A stretch of 64,000 nt of DNA from contig CAWBZI010000001.1 of NCBI GenBank assembly GCA_963793265.1, forward strand, positions 672,001 to 736,000, read 5' to 3'. Every line of letters begins with the position of its first letter. Positions within the stretch are counted from its first letter, which is position 1. Positions 30,048 through 40,107 of the stretch are shown in pieces. This stretch comes from an uncultured cyanobacterium (GTDB taxonomy: Bacteria > Cyanobacteriota > Cyanobacteriia > Phormidesmidales > Phormidesmidaceae). The notes under the pieces were generated by a model that did no database searches, was not told where the DNA came from, and saw only the letters and a list, made by a program, of their open reading frames with translations. A program made the translations under genes and the position numbers.

Positions 30048-31625
30048 ATGCCTCTTGTTTTACTGGCTCTGTTTTTAGGATTAGTAACCTATTTGGTGAT
30101 TAGCCGTAGCTTCACCAATATGACCACAACGCCCATCTGGATGCTCTGGCTGGTGATGATGACACCTGTGCTAGTGCTAACCCTATGGATGTTGATCAAT
30201 GGAGAAGAGCCACCGCCCCCTATTTTGATCTACGGCCTGCTAATTTTGTGCCCGCTGCTGTACGCGGTGATGATTATGGTAGGCACCTCTAGTCAAAAAG
30301 GTAAGTCGGGGAAAAAAGACGCCGCTGGTGATAAAACGCTGGCACAGAAAACGGCTCAAAATCAGGTCAAGGCTCAGCCCAAGGCGAAGACAAAGCCAAT
30401 CACCAGGGATGAAGAGACGTTACTACAACGATGCTTTCCCTGGTCAATTTACTACCTGCAAGATATTGAATATCGCCCTCAAGCGATGATCTGCAAGGGT
30501 AAGCTCAAAACGTCGCCCGGTGAAGCGTATCAGGCCGTTCAAGAAAACGTAGAGAGCAGCTTTGGCGATCGCTTCCTGGTGCTTTTTCAGGAGGGTCTAA
30601 ACGGCATTCCTTTCTTTGCCCTCGTGCCTAACCCCCAGTCTAAAACGCCGCCCGTCCCGGTTCCACCCGACGCCGACGCCGCTGAGGCTAATCCCATTAA
30701 GGAGATACAGGCAGCTCATGCGGCTCGCCTCCGAAAGTTAAATGAATCAAAGCTAACGCGCCCAGGGCTGGCGATCGCACTGGCAATTACAACCCTGGTC
30801 ACCACCACCTTTGCAGGCATCGCCTTTATCGGCGGCGTGGAAGATCCACAGGCGCTTCAAGCCGACCCGACGCTACTAAGACAGGGATTTGCCTACGGCC
30901 TCTCGTTGATGTTCATTTTGGGCGTTCATGAAAGCGGCCATTATCTGGCAACGCGCTATCACAAGCTCAGATCTACGCTGCCGTATTTTATTCCAGTCCC
31001 TTTCTTTTTGGGCACATTTGGCGCGTTTATTCAGATGCGATCGCCCATGCCCAACCGCCGAGCCCTATTCGATATCGGCATTTCAGGCCCGCTCTCAGGC
31101 TTAGTCGTCAGCCTCCCCATTTTGTTTTGGGGATTAGCCAATTCCACCATCGTGCCGTTAGGCGACGAGTCTCAGCTTTTTACCTTTGAAACGCTTGATC
31201 CAAGCCGTTCGCTACTGCTACTTGTCATTAGCAAGATAGCCTTGGGCAGCGCGCTATTAGCCGACAGTGCGATCAACCTGCATCCACTCGCCATATCAGG
31301 CTGCTTGGGTCTGATCGTCACGGCCCTAAACTTGATGCCTGTTGGGCAGCTAGACGGTGGTCACATCGTTCATGCGATGTATGGACAGCGAACAGCGGCA
31401 ATCGTGAGCCAGGTGGCTAAGCTGCTGATGCTGCTACTGTCTTTTGCCTATCAGGAGTACTTCTTGTGGGCGATATTGCTGCTGTTTATTCCGCCCGCCG
31501 AGCCTGCTCTTAACGATGTGAGCGAACTCAATGGGCCCCGTGACTTTTTAGGGCTCGCTGCCTTAGCCCTGTTGGTGCTGATTATTTTACCTGCGCCTGC
31601 CTCACTGTCCAGGCTGCTGTTTTAA
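30048..31625 (+). CDS. Site-2 protease, M50 family (EGY-like)
   Basis: HExxH 'HESGH', 'GTFGAFI', 'NLMPVGQLDGGH'. Confidence 0.92.
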   Translation: MPLVLLALFLGLVTYLVISRSFTNMTTTPIWMLWLVMMTPVLVLTLWMLINGEEPPPPILIYGLLILCPLLYAVMIMVGTSSQKGKSGKKDAAGDKTLAQKTAQNQVKAQPKAKTKPITRDEETLLQRCFPWSIYYLQDIEYRPQAMICKGKLKTSPGEAYQAVQENVESSFGDRFLVLFQEGLNGIPFFALVPNPQSKTPPVPVPPDADAAEANPIKEIQAAHAARLRKLNESKLTRPGLAIALAITTLVTTTFAGIAFIGGVEDPQALQADPTLLRQGFAYGLSLMFILGVHESGHYLATRYHKLRSTLPYFIPVPFFLGTFGAFIQMRSPMPNRRALFDIGISGPLSGLVVSLPILFWGLANSTIVPLGDESQLFTFETLDPSRSLLLLVISKIALGSALLADSAINLHPLAISGCLGLIVTALNLMPVGQLDGGHIVHAMYGQRTAAIVSQVAKLLMLLLSFAYQEYFLWAILLLFIPPAEPALNDVSELNGPRDFLGLAALALLVLIILPAPASLSRLLF

Positions 31626-31691
31626 CCGCTTTTTGCCAGCTTTGCCGTAAGCTGCTGAGTAATGAGGATGTGATCGTCAAGAGGAGAATGG

Positions 31692-32156
31692 TTGATGTCT
31701 CAAGATGTGGCTCAGTGGCTTGCTGAGGTGCAGTCGCTTCAGCGAAAGGTAGCTGAGCTTCAGCAGGAACGCGATCGCGCCTATGCTAGTGCGGACAACC
31801 TACGCAAGCTGTACGAATCAGAGGCGACGCAGCGGCAGCGGGATACTGCCTCGGCGCAGCGAAGGGTGGAGATGTTGGAGAGAGCGGTTGCAGAATTGCG
31901 ATCGCCTCAAGATGAGGGTGATGGCAAGCTAGGGATAGAAATCGCCCGAATCAAAGGCAATTATTCAGTGGAGCAGCTACAGACTCAGCTCGTCGCTGCT
32001 AAACAGCAGTGCGAACAGCTCAAAGTGCTGCTAGAGGAAGAACAAATAGCACATGCCAAAACGCGAGAGAGCCTGACGGCTGCACTTGGAGACGCGGTGG
32101 ATCTATTGGCCAAAGAGCGTGGTGAGAAACCATTTGGATCGGCTGAGCAGCCATAG
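31692..32156 (+). CDS. Conserved coiled-coil hypothetical protein
   Basis: Heptad pattern; 'WLAEV..LQ', 'HAKTRESLTAALGDAVD'. Confidence 0.7.
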   Translation: MMSQDVAQWLAEVQSLQRKVAELQQERDRAYASADNLRKLYESEATQRQRDTASAQRRVEMLERAVAELRSPQDEGDGKLGIEIARIKGNYSVEQLQTQLVAAKQQCEQLKVLLEEEQIAHAKTRESLTAALGDAVDLLAKERGEKPFGSAEQP

Positions 32157-32181
32157 GAACAAAGCAGCCGTGAAAGGATAT

Positions 32182-32218
32182 AAAAAAGCCTTAGAGACAT
32201 TGATATCTCTAAGGCTTT
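32182..32218. terminator. Terminator between convergent genes
   Basis: AAAAAAGCCTTAGAGA...TCTCTAAGGCTTT. Confidence 0.75.
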
Positions 32219-32241
32219 CCCATTACGGTCTATGTTATTTA

Positions 32242-33363
32242 TTAAAAACCCATCGCTTCAGCCAGACTATCCGCATCGGGTGCTAAGCCCGCCTTAAACT
32301 GATTGCCGCTACGCTCGATAGCAGCTTCGGGATCTTTCAGGCCATTACCCGTAAGGATGCATACGATTCGAGCGCCTTCAGGCACCTGATCTTTTACCTT
32401 GAGCAAACCGGCCACTGAAGCGGCGCTCGCGGGTTCACAGAAAACGCCTTCTTCTGAGGCTAGGATGCTGTAGGCCGCTGCAATTTCATCATCGGTGACC
32501 GCGTTAAAAGCACCACCGCTTTGATCACGCGCTGCGATCGCCTGATCCCAACTCGCCGGGTTACCAATTCTAATCGCCGTTGCGAACGTATCTGGTGACT
32601 CAACAGGATGACCCATCACCAGAGGCGCAGCGCCCGCCGCCTGAAATCCCATCATCTGCGGTAGCTGAGTAGAAATTCCCGCTCGCAGATACTCGTTAAA
32701 GCCCTTCCAATAGGCTGTGATGTTACCTGCATTACCCACCGGAATACAAAGCCAGTCAGGTGCATCACCTAACGCATCTACCAGCTCAAATGCACCTGTT
32801 TTTTGCCCTTCAATCCGATAAGGATTAACTGAGTTCACCAGCGTAATCGGATACTTATCAGCAACCGATCGCACAGAAGTCAGCGCCTGGTCAAAGTTGC
32901 CTTTAATAGCCAGGATTTCGGCCCCGTATAGGAGCGCCTGGGCCAGTTTTCCCATAGCCACATAGCCGTCAGGGATCACCACGTAGGCTCTGAGTCCGCC
33001 TCTACGAGCGTAGGCCGCTGCTGCTGCTGAAGTGTTGCCTGTGCTTGCACAAATTACCGCCTTAGCACCCGCTTCTTTGGCCTTAGAAATCGCCATGGTC
33101 ATGCCACGATCTTTGAAGCTGCCAGTGGGGTTGAGGCCATCATATTTGACGAAAACTTGTACGGATTTGCCGATGCGCTGAGCGATCGCAGGTGCTGGAA
33201 TCAAAGGCGTATTACCTTCATGCAGCGTGACCACTGGCGTAACATCACTGACAGGGAGGTACTGGCGGTACTTTTCAATCAGCCCTGGCCAGCCCTGATG
33301 CTGATCCTTCTTTGAAGGGTTAAGAACTGCTTGAGAATGGGGTTTGAAAGGGCTCAGAGTCAC
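32242..33363 (-). CDS. thrC: Threonine synthase
   Basis: PLP lysine motif '[10 protein letters not shown]', '[10 protein letters not shown]', 'PVGNAGN', 'LTGNGLKD'; probable GTG start. Confidence 0.95.
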   Translation of the reverse strand: MTLSPFKPHSQAVLNPSKKDQHQGWPGLIEKYRQYLPVSDVTPVVTLHEGNTPLIPAPAIAQRIGKSVQVFVKYDGLNPTGSFKDRGMTMAISKAKEAGAKAVICASTGNTSAAAAAYARRGGLRAYVVIPDGYVAMGKLAQALLYGAEILAIKGNFDQALTSVRSVADKYPITLVNSVNPYRIEGQKTGAFELVDALGDAPDWLCIPVGNAGNITAYWKGFNEYLRAGISTQLPQMMGFQAAGAAPLVMGHPVESPDTFATAIRIGNPASWDQAIAARDQSGGAFNAVTDDEIAAAYSILASEEGVFCEPASAASVAGLLKVKDQVPEGARIVCILTGNGLKDPEAAIERSGNQFKAGLAPDADSLAEAMGF

Positions 33364-34010
33364 AATAGTTTCCAGATACCAAAATCTGTACAAAAAGACG
33401 TTGCCATGCGCGCTTTGAAAATTAGTAAGAAATTAGAAAGGCATGGCCTTGGCATAGCCCCCTCAGTTTACCTTGAACCCCTCTGTCGATAGAGGTTGCT
33501 CTCAACTTTATAGAGATGTTTTTTGATTTGATTCAAGATTAGAGTGACGCCATCGCGTGCCATAAGATTTTAGGCAAAGCTTTTGTCTCTAGGACTTTCA
33601 GGGATTTTTCTAGACAATTATTAAAGCGCCACAGCATAGCCACAAACGAGAATTTTGGCTCAGCTAATATCAAGTTTCAATATTTAGTTTACAATGCCAT
33701 TAAGTTTTGATTAAGTATAAATTCCTAGTCGCTTAGCAAATCGACTGAAAAATACTTAATAATTTGGTGGCAGTGCCTAACTATTGCAGTCTGTTCAGCT
33801 ATTTTTAGAAGCCGCACTGAGGTGGCTAGCTGTATCGTATGTGACCTCTTGTCGGCGTGATATTCATGTTGCGTTAGCGGATATACCACATAGACTGTCT
33901 GGGGACATACCGCCGAAACCGAGCTGACTGCCTTTTGTCGGTGGTGTCGAACGCGCTATAAGAACCGCTCGAAAACTGTGTATCTGTTAAGTAAGCCTGT
34001 GAGAGAGAAT

Positions 34011-34271
34011 ATGCCTGTATTAGCAAAAATGCCTACGTCAGTAACCGGGAAGGCTTCTGTAAAAGCCAATGTCGGGACTAGCACTAGGGCTAATCTCAGA
34101 GCCAATGACGAGGCTAAAGTTTGCTGGATTGAAGTGAAGCGCTACCCTTACCAGCCCGATCATCAAGTTGAACTGCTGCACCTTCAGGCTGAGGCAGATG
34201 CCTTGATTATTAAGCTGCAAGCATCCGGGCAAAAGCAGCTCGCTGAGAAATCAAGACTCGCTAGCAAGTAG
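34011..34271 (+). CDS. Small hypothetical protein
   Basis: Amphipathic motif 'YQPDHQVELLHLQAEADALIIKLQ'; AG-rich stretch before the ATG. Confidence 0.55.
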   Translation: MPVLAKMPTSVTGKASVKANVGTSTRANLRANDEAKVCWIEVKRYPYQPDHQVELLHLQAEADALIIKLQASGQKQLAEKSRLASK

Positions 34272-34303
34272 GTACTTCAACTTAAAGTAGGTACTTCAAC
34301 TTA
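34266..34303. repeat. Perfect 19-bp tandem duplication
   Basis: AAGTAGGTACTTCAACTTA x2, overlapping the stop codon. Confidence 0.9.
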
Positions 34304-34430
34304 TCTGTGGGGCCTGCTATTAAGCCTTTTGATAGAGTATTTTGCGTGCTCTGTTAAGAATTGGGTAATGCCCGCACGAACTCGTTTTGATCCGTTTATC
34401 TTTGAGAAGCATTGATAACGGCAAGTGTGT

Positions 34431-35006
34431 ATGGGTGAGGAGTTTAGCTACGATCAGGCGCAAGGCCAAGAACTGAGTCGGCAGCTTTCGCTAGGTAGGC
34501 GACTGACGATAGCGAATAAGCGCAAAACAGTAGCGCCAGCAAAGGGGCTAGCTTACGAAGAGAGCTATCGATGCCCAGCTTGTGGCAGTGGAGAGCTGAA
34601 TGCGATCGCCATGATGGACGTATTTGCCTGCAACTTTTGTCGGCACATGTTCACAGCCAACCTGCAAACTCAATCTGTACAAATAGCCGATAGCCTTCAG
34701 CCAATGGCCTGGCAGTGGAACGGCTGGCAGTGGCGCACGGCTCAGCAAAACAGCACAACAGCAGCTTTGGTTTGGAGCTTTGCGAGCGTCCTTACGGTTG
34801 TGCCAGTCGCCATTATTGCAATTTCTAACTATATTTTTCCGCCGTTGGAAGGCTCCAATTTTCCGATGATGTGGACAGGGCTGACGCTGACCAGTCACGG
34901 TATTATGTCAGGCTGGCTGCTGGCTGAGTATCATCGCTGGCCCTGGTATATTGCCAGTCGGATTAGGTTACAGCGGTTAGGCGAGCGGTTATTTGCAAGC
35001 GAGTAG
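34431..35006 (+). CDS. Zinc-ribbon membrane protein, hypothetical
   Basis: 'CPACG...FACNFCRH', 'WQWNGWQW', two TM helices. Confidence 0.7.
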   Translation: MGEEFSYDQAQGQELSRQLSLGRRLTIANKRKTVAPAKGLAYEESYRCPACGSGELNAIAMMDVFACNFCRHMFTANLQTQSVQIADSLQPMAWQWNGWQWRTAQQNSTTAALVWSFASVLTVVPVAIIAISNYIFPPLEGSNFPMMWTGLTLTSHGIMSGWLLAEYHRWPWYIASRIRLQRLGERLFASE

Positions 35007-35053
35007 CGGGTTGCTTGGGCTTATTCGTCTTAACTGCGCTACGTAAGCGTGAG

Positions 35054-35572
35054 CTATTTCACCTGCAAGGATCGCTTTCGCATGAAATACTGCTGATGGT
35101 CGTCAGTTGCGAGCCAGTAGTCGGTAGCTGGCTCAATTTGAGTGACGATTGGATTTTGATAGGTATTAGTCGTCTCTAGACTCGCTTTTGAGGCGCGAGC
35201 ACTCTGCGCCTGCTGAGGCGTGTGGTAGAAGATTACAGAGCGATATTGTTCACCGCGATCTGGCCCTTGCCGGTTAAGCGTTGTGGGATCGTGACATTGC
35301 CAAAAGAGAGCGAGCAGCGCTTCATAGCTGATCTTGGCTGGATTGTATTGAATCTGGGCGACTTCGGCATGGCCCGTAATGCGAGAGAGTACGTCTAGGT
35401 AGCAGGGATTGGCAAAGTGCCCACCCATGTAGCCCACTGAGGTGCTGAGTACGCCGGGCTGCTGACGGAAGGTTTCTTCGGTGTGCCAGAAGCAGCCTGC
35501 GCCAAAGGTTGCGATCGCCCCTTCAACACTTTTTTTAGCACCATCTTTATCAATCCCAATAGCTCGATCCAT
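35054..35572 (-). CDS. msrA: Peptide methionine sulfoxide reductase MsrA (variant)
   Basis: 'AGCFWH', 'GYMGG', 'TGHAE', 'HDPTTLNRQGPDRGEQYRS', 'HQQY'. Confidence 0.9.
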   Translation of the reverse strand: MDRAIGIDKDGAKKSVEGAIATFGAGCFWHTEETFRQQPGVLSTSVGYMGGHFANPCYLDVLSRITGHAEVAQIQYNPAKISYEALLALFWQCHDPTTLNRQGPDRGEQYRSVIFYHTPQQAQSARASKASLETTNTYQNPIVTQIEPATDYWLATDDHQQYFMRKRSLQVK

Positions 35573-36114
35573 ATCTATTCCAACGTGTCAATCTCAAGCG
35601 TGTCAAATTTATAGACTGCGTAACTTTATAATCACCGAAACCCTCTACTGGCAAAAGATCGACGCTTATTATCAACGCCGTTGTACACAAACGTACTGAG
35701 ATAGCCGTGTTCTATATTAAGCGGCTAATTGTTGTATACGCGGATGTGCTCTGGCTTTACAACCGCCTAAAGTCTTCAAAGCATTTGAAGATTGGAACAG
35801 TTAAGCAAAAGCGCATCCAGAAGCATCTACCTCGAAGGGCACTTTAAAGCCGTTGCAGAAAAAACAGAGCTAAATGACTAGATCTAATAGATCTTGACGG
35901 GCTGCTAAGCGAATCTGTTAGCCAACTTTGATGCTTTAATTCCTGATTTTCTCGCGATCGTCATTCTTTTTTAATTCGATTCAGTTATAGGGCCGGTAGG
36001 CCCAAAGGTTCAAAGCTGCTATGCGATGAGCCAAAGACTTGGGTGCCTAATTTTGGCTGAGCACCTGAGTACTTTGGCGCGAGCAGCAGTATCCGTGAAA
36101 CTAGGAATATTGTA

Positions 36115-36738
36115 ATGAAATGGACTGCTTTGTGGAGTATTGCACTGGTCAGCCTGACGGCAACGGGTGCGCGTGCAAAGGTAATTACGAACAGTGCACT
36201 CAGCGAAAGTGGAAGCCAGCAAGCCAGCTTACAAGAAGCAACGTTAGTCGCTAGTGCTGGAGAGTGTGCGCAGCTCCGTGACTTTTTTTCAGAGCTATTG
36301 ACGCTTACCAACAGAGCCCGCCGAGATGCGGGCGTGAGTCCGCTAAAGTTTTCGTATCAGCTAGGTCAAGCGGCTCAAGGCTATGCAGAAGACTTGGCCA
36401 CGCAAAACTTTTTTGACCACGTTGGTGAAGACGGCTCAACGATGCTGACTCGAATAGAGGCTACGGGCTACGAGTTGATTGCAGCTGGAGAGAACATTGC
36501 CGCCGGGCAAAGAACAGCGGCGAGCGTGTTTGAAGGCTGGATGAACAGCCCTGGGCACAGAGACAATATCTTAAAGGCAGACTTTACTGAAGTGGGGTTT
36601 GGCCGATTTGATGCGCCGAATAGCTCTGATTATGGTCAATATTGGGTGCAGAACTTTGGGAAGCCAGAGCAAGGCGCTACGGGGTCTGCTATCTACATTC
36701 CAGACACCTGCCGCCAGGCACTAGCCAATAGTCAATAA
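36115..36738 (+). CDS. Exported CAP (SCP) domain protein
   Basis: Signal peptide; 'GENIAAGQ', 'WMNSPGHRDNIL', 'YWVQNFG'. Confidence 0.9.
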   Translation: MKWTALWSIALVSLTATGARAKVITNSALSESGSQQASLQEATLVASAGECAQLRDFFSELLTLTNRARRDAGVSPLKFSYQLGQAAQGYAEDLATQNFFDHVGEDGSTMLTRIEATGYELIAAGENIAAGQRTAASVFEGWMNSPGHRDNILKADFTEVGFGRFDAPNSSDYGQYWVQNFGKPEQGATGSAIYIPDTCRQALANSQ

Positions 36739-36750
36739 ATAAAAAGTCTC

Positions 36751-37533
36751 TTAGAGCTGTCGTTCTTGGGAAAGCATTCTGCGGTAGCAAATCCAGCCGA
36801 CGCCCACCATAACGACAGCAAAGATCACTAGAAATATTAAGTGTGTGCCGTTCTCACCGAATGGCTCGTCTGTATTCAACAGAGCGTCGGTGAGTGCTTC
36901 GGTCATGTGGTAGATCGGATTGAATCGAGCAATTTCAAGTAGAGAGTTGGGGAAAAGAGAGATTGGGAGGAAGGCTCCGCCTAACACCATTAAGGGCACG
37001 CCAAAGGCGGCGATGAGGGCGCTTACGTCTTCGGTGCGACGGGCGAACTGGGTGCCTAGCATGAAGCCTAAGCCAACGTAGGCGAGGATGCTAAGTAGGA
37101 TGATGATCGCAGCTAGTGGCCAGGCGGCATCGGGGAAGGAGGCTCCGGCTAGAGTGGCGATCACAAAAATCACCAGGGTCTGCCCCACACCGATCACACT
37201 ATGCGCCAGAAAAATTCCTAAAAAATAAGACACGCCGCTCAAAGGCGACAGAAACAGCCGCTTTAAAGTTTGCTGTTCGCGCTCAGAAACCACCGTCGCA
37301 ACGCCGCCACCCAAACAGCTAAAGAACAAAGCCGCGCCGACTAGAGTAGGTGGGGCGGCCACTTCAAAGGCAGTGCTCACGGTTGTATCTGCGCGTTCAG
37401 CAGTAATAAGCCCGTTCAGCATTAAGATCAGCGCGGGGAACATCATCCATGAAATGAGGCTGCGCTTGCGCCGAAATAATTCGGTCAGGATGCGTCGTGC
37501 TACGGCCCAGCTTTCGCGCCAGTATTTTTTCAT
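36751..37533 (-). CDS. ABC-2 type transporter permease
   Basis: Six TM helices; 'EREQQTLKRLFLSP', 'FNPIYH'. Confidence 0.88.
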   Translation of the reverse strand: MKKYWRESWAVARRILTELFRRKRSLISWMMFPALILMLNGLITAERADTTVSTAFEVAAPPTLVGAALFFSCLGGGVATVVSEREQQTLKRLFLSPLSGVSYFLGIFLAHSVIGVGQTLVIFVIATLAGASFPDAAWPLAAIIILLSILAYVGLGFMLGTQFARRTEDVSALIAAFGVPLMVLGGAFLPISLFPNSLLEIARFNPIYHMTEALTDALLNTDEPFGENGTHLIFLVIFAVVMVGVGWICYRRMLSQERQL

Positions 37534-37658
37534 TTATATGGTTTTGAGTTATGAGGTGTGGCTATTGCTGGTGATGCTGGGGTTTGATGGGTGCGATCGC
37601 CTCATCACCAAACGCCCGCGCATTATAAACTTGTAATAACCCGTTACCAACAGGCTCT

Positions 37659-38243
37659 ATGACGCTTCGTCCAGCACTTTCGATTCGCACACTTCTCATT
37701 CGCATAGTCATATCCCTCTGTCTCACCACAGTCTTCGCCATAGGCTACGCACTTTCTCCCATAGCGCCCTCAGCCTATGCCATGGGCGGCGCTCAGCCAA
37801 CGTTAGAGGAACCTGCACCAGCCTTTACGCTACCTAGCACCTTAGAAGACGGCAAAGTTTCTCTTAGTGACTACGCCGGACAGTGGGTCGTTTTGTACTT
37901 CTATCCCCGCGACTTTACGCCCGGCTGCACCCTAGAAGCGCAGCGATTCCAACGAGATTTGCCGGAATATCAGGCTCGCAACGCGCAGATACTAGGCGTC
38001 AGCGCTGACGATGTAGATTCACACGCAGAATTTTGTGACGCCGAATCGCTCGTATTTCCTTTGCTCTCCGATCCTGATGGCACCGTCAGCAAAGCCTATG
38101 GCTCATGGATGAAACCTATGTCAATGCGCCATACCTATTTAATTGATCCAGATGGCGTTTTGAAAGAGCGCTTTTTAGGTGTGCGACCCGCAATTCATAG
38201 CCAAGAAGTGCTTGCAAGATTAGACGAACTGCAAAGTAGCTAA
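37659..38243 (+). CDS. Peroxiredoxin Q/BCP with N-terminal targeting sequence
   Basis: 'VVLYFYPRDFTPGCTLEA'. Confidence 0.92.
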   Translation: MTLRPALSIRTLLIRIVISLCLTTVFAIGYALSPIAPSAYAMGGAQPTLEEPAPAFTLPSTLEDGKVSLSDYAGQWVVLYFYPRDFTPGCTLEAQRFQRDLPEYQARNAQILGVSADDVDSHAEFCDAESLVFPLLSDPDGTVSKAYGSWMKPMSMRHTYLIDPDGVLKERFLGVRPAIHSQEVLARLDELQSS

Positions 38244-38336
38244 GTGAGAATGAGCAAAGGCGGATAACAACACAGCCGAGAAACGCAAAGCAAACGCTAA
38301 ACTAGAGCAACTGAGTCAATAAATAAAGGAGATACC

Positions 38337-38576
38337 ATGTCAACTTTGGCCCTGACCGAACCCAACGTAGAAAAAATACTTGATGAGTTGCGTCCTTACC
38401 TGCTGGCTGACGGCGGTAACGTGGAGCTTGTAGAGCTTGACGGCCCCATCGTAAAGCTACGCCTGAACGGTGCTTGCAGCAGTTGCCCTAGCTCAGCGAT
38501 GACCCTGCGCATGGGTATTGAGCGTCGCCTACGTGAATTCATTCCCGAAATCGCTGAGATTCAGCAGGTAATGTAG
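38337..38576 (+). CDS. nfuA: NifU/Nfu-type Fe-S cluster scaffold
   Basis: 'RPYLLADGGNVEL', 'GACSSCPSS'. Confidence 0.9.
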   Translation: MSTLALTEPNVEKILDELRPYLLADGGNVELVELDGPIVKLRLNGACSSCPSSAMTLRMGIERRLREFIPEIAEIQQVM

Positions 38577-38610
38577 TTCTGAAAGATTAGGGACTCACTT
38601 AGATAAAAAG

Positions 38611-38646
38611 AAGGGGCGGCAGGGCATTGATCCTGACCGCCCCTTT
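38611..38646 (+). terminator. Stem-loop after nfuA
   Basis: AAGGGGCGGCAGG...CCTGACCGCCCCTTT. Confidence 0.65.
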
Positions 38647-38712
38647 GCCTGTTAACCTTGCTTATGGGAAAAGCCGCAAGCGCCAAAGGAACACAAAAAG
38701 GAAGACAAGGCC

Positions 38713-39996
38713 GTGCTGGATATCAAGCTAATTCGCAATCAAACTGCTCAGGTGCAAGCTGCCTTAGATAAAAAAGGCGCTTACGATTTGCAGCCGCTGC
38801 TCGACTTGGACGCGCGGCAAAGAGAAATTGAGAAAAAGCGCTCCGACTTACAGGCGAAAAGTAACGAAGTCGGTAAATCAGTCGGTCAAAAGATTAGAGA
38901 AGGGGCTGAGCCCAACGGCGATGAGGTGAAGGCGCTGCGGGATGAAGGCAACCGGATTAAAGCTGAGATTGGTGAGCTTGAGCCGCATGAGCGAGAGCTA
39001 AAGGCGCATATCGAAGAGATTTTGCTGACGCTGCCAAACCTGCCGGATGCGTCTGCGCCGAAAGGTAAAAACGAGGATGAAAATGTAGAGGTGCGGCGCT
39101 GGGGTGATGAGCATATCTCGGACGGCACGGGCAAGCTGCCTCACTATGAGATTGGCGAAAAGCTTGGGATTATGAACTTTGAGCGGTCGGTGAAGATTGC
39201 TCAGAGTCGCTTTGTCACGCTTTTAGGAGACGGGGCGGCTTTGGAGAGAGCCCTGATTTCGTTCATGCTAGAGCGGCATACGGGCGAAGGCTATACCGAG
39301 GTGATGCCGCCGATTTTGGTGAACTCGGATTCTATGACGGGTTCGGGGCAGCTACCTAAGTTTGCAGAAGATGGGTTTAAGTGCGATCGCGATGACCTCT
39401 GGCTCACTCCCACCGCCGAAGTGCCGCTAACCAACCTCCACCGAGACGAAGTACTCACCGACGATCAGCTCCCGATTAACTACTGCGCCTACACCCCCTG
39501 CTTTCGCCGCGAGGCCGGAAGCTATGGCCGCGACACCCGAGGGCTCATTCGCCTGCATCAGTTCAACAAAGTAGAGATGTACAAGTTCGTTCATCCCGAC
39601 ACCTCATTCGATGAGCTAGAAACCCTCACCGCTGACGCCGAAAACATCTTGCAGCAGCTAAAGCTCCCATACCGCGTTCTAGAACTTTGCACAGGAGACT
39701 TAGGCTTCGGTGCAGCCAAAACATACGACTTAGAGGTGTGGTTACCCTCCGCTGGCAAATATCGCGAAATCTCAAGCTGCTCCAACTGCGTTGACTTTCA
39801 GGGCCGCAGAGCTAATATTCGATTCAAATCAGCCGGTAAAAAGGGCACTCAGTACGTCCACACCCTCAACGGTTCCGGGCTCGCCGTAGGCCGCACGATG
39901 GCCGCAATTTTAGAGAACTATCAGCAGGCAGACGGCAGCATAGGGGTACCTGAAGTCTTGCAAAAGTATATGGGGAAAACCGTCATCGCAGCCTAG
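38713..39996 (+). CDS. serS: Serine--tRNA ligase
   Basis: 'PTAEVP', '[21 protein letters not shown]', 'EISSCSN', '[11 protein letters not shown]'. Confidence 0.98.
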   Translation: MLDIKLIRNQTAQVQAALDKKGAYDLQPLLDLDARQREIEKKRSDLQAKSNEVGKSVGQKIREGAEPNGDEVKALRDEGNRIKAEIGELEPHERELKAHIEEILLTLPNLPDASAPKGKNEDENVEVRRWGDEHISDGTGKLPHYEIGEKLGIMNFERSVKIAQSRFVTLLGDGAALERALISFMLERHTGEGYTEVMPPILVNSDSMTGSGQLPKFAEDGFKCDRDDLWLTPTAEVPLTNLHRDEVLTDDQLPINYCAYTPCFRREAGSYGRDTRGLIRLHQFNKVEMYKFVHPDTSFDELETLTADAENILQQLKLPYRVLELCTGDLGFGAAKTYDLEVWLPSAGKYREISSCSNCVDFQGRRANIRFKSAGKKGTQYVHTLNGSGLAVGRTMAAILENYQQADGSIGVPEVLQKYMGKTVIAA

Positions 39997-40107
39997 CGCC
40001 AACTTGTAATCAGGCAGTAATCTAGGGGGCTCTGTGCCCTCAGACCCACACATTCGCATAGACGGCCCTGTACAATAACAAAAGTTAACTTAACGCAGCG
40101 ATCTCTC

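Noticed and set aside
34266..34303. CRISPR mini-array
   Set aside because: Only two adjacent 19-bp copies, no spacer and no cas genes
35683..35696. NtcA-like GTA-N8-TAC site between msrA and the CAP gene
   Set aside because: No -10 element at the canonical ~22-nt spacing in either direction; a 6-bp match is expected by chance
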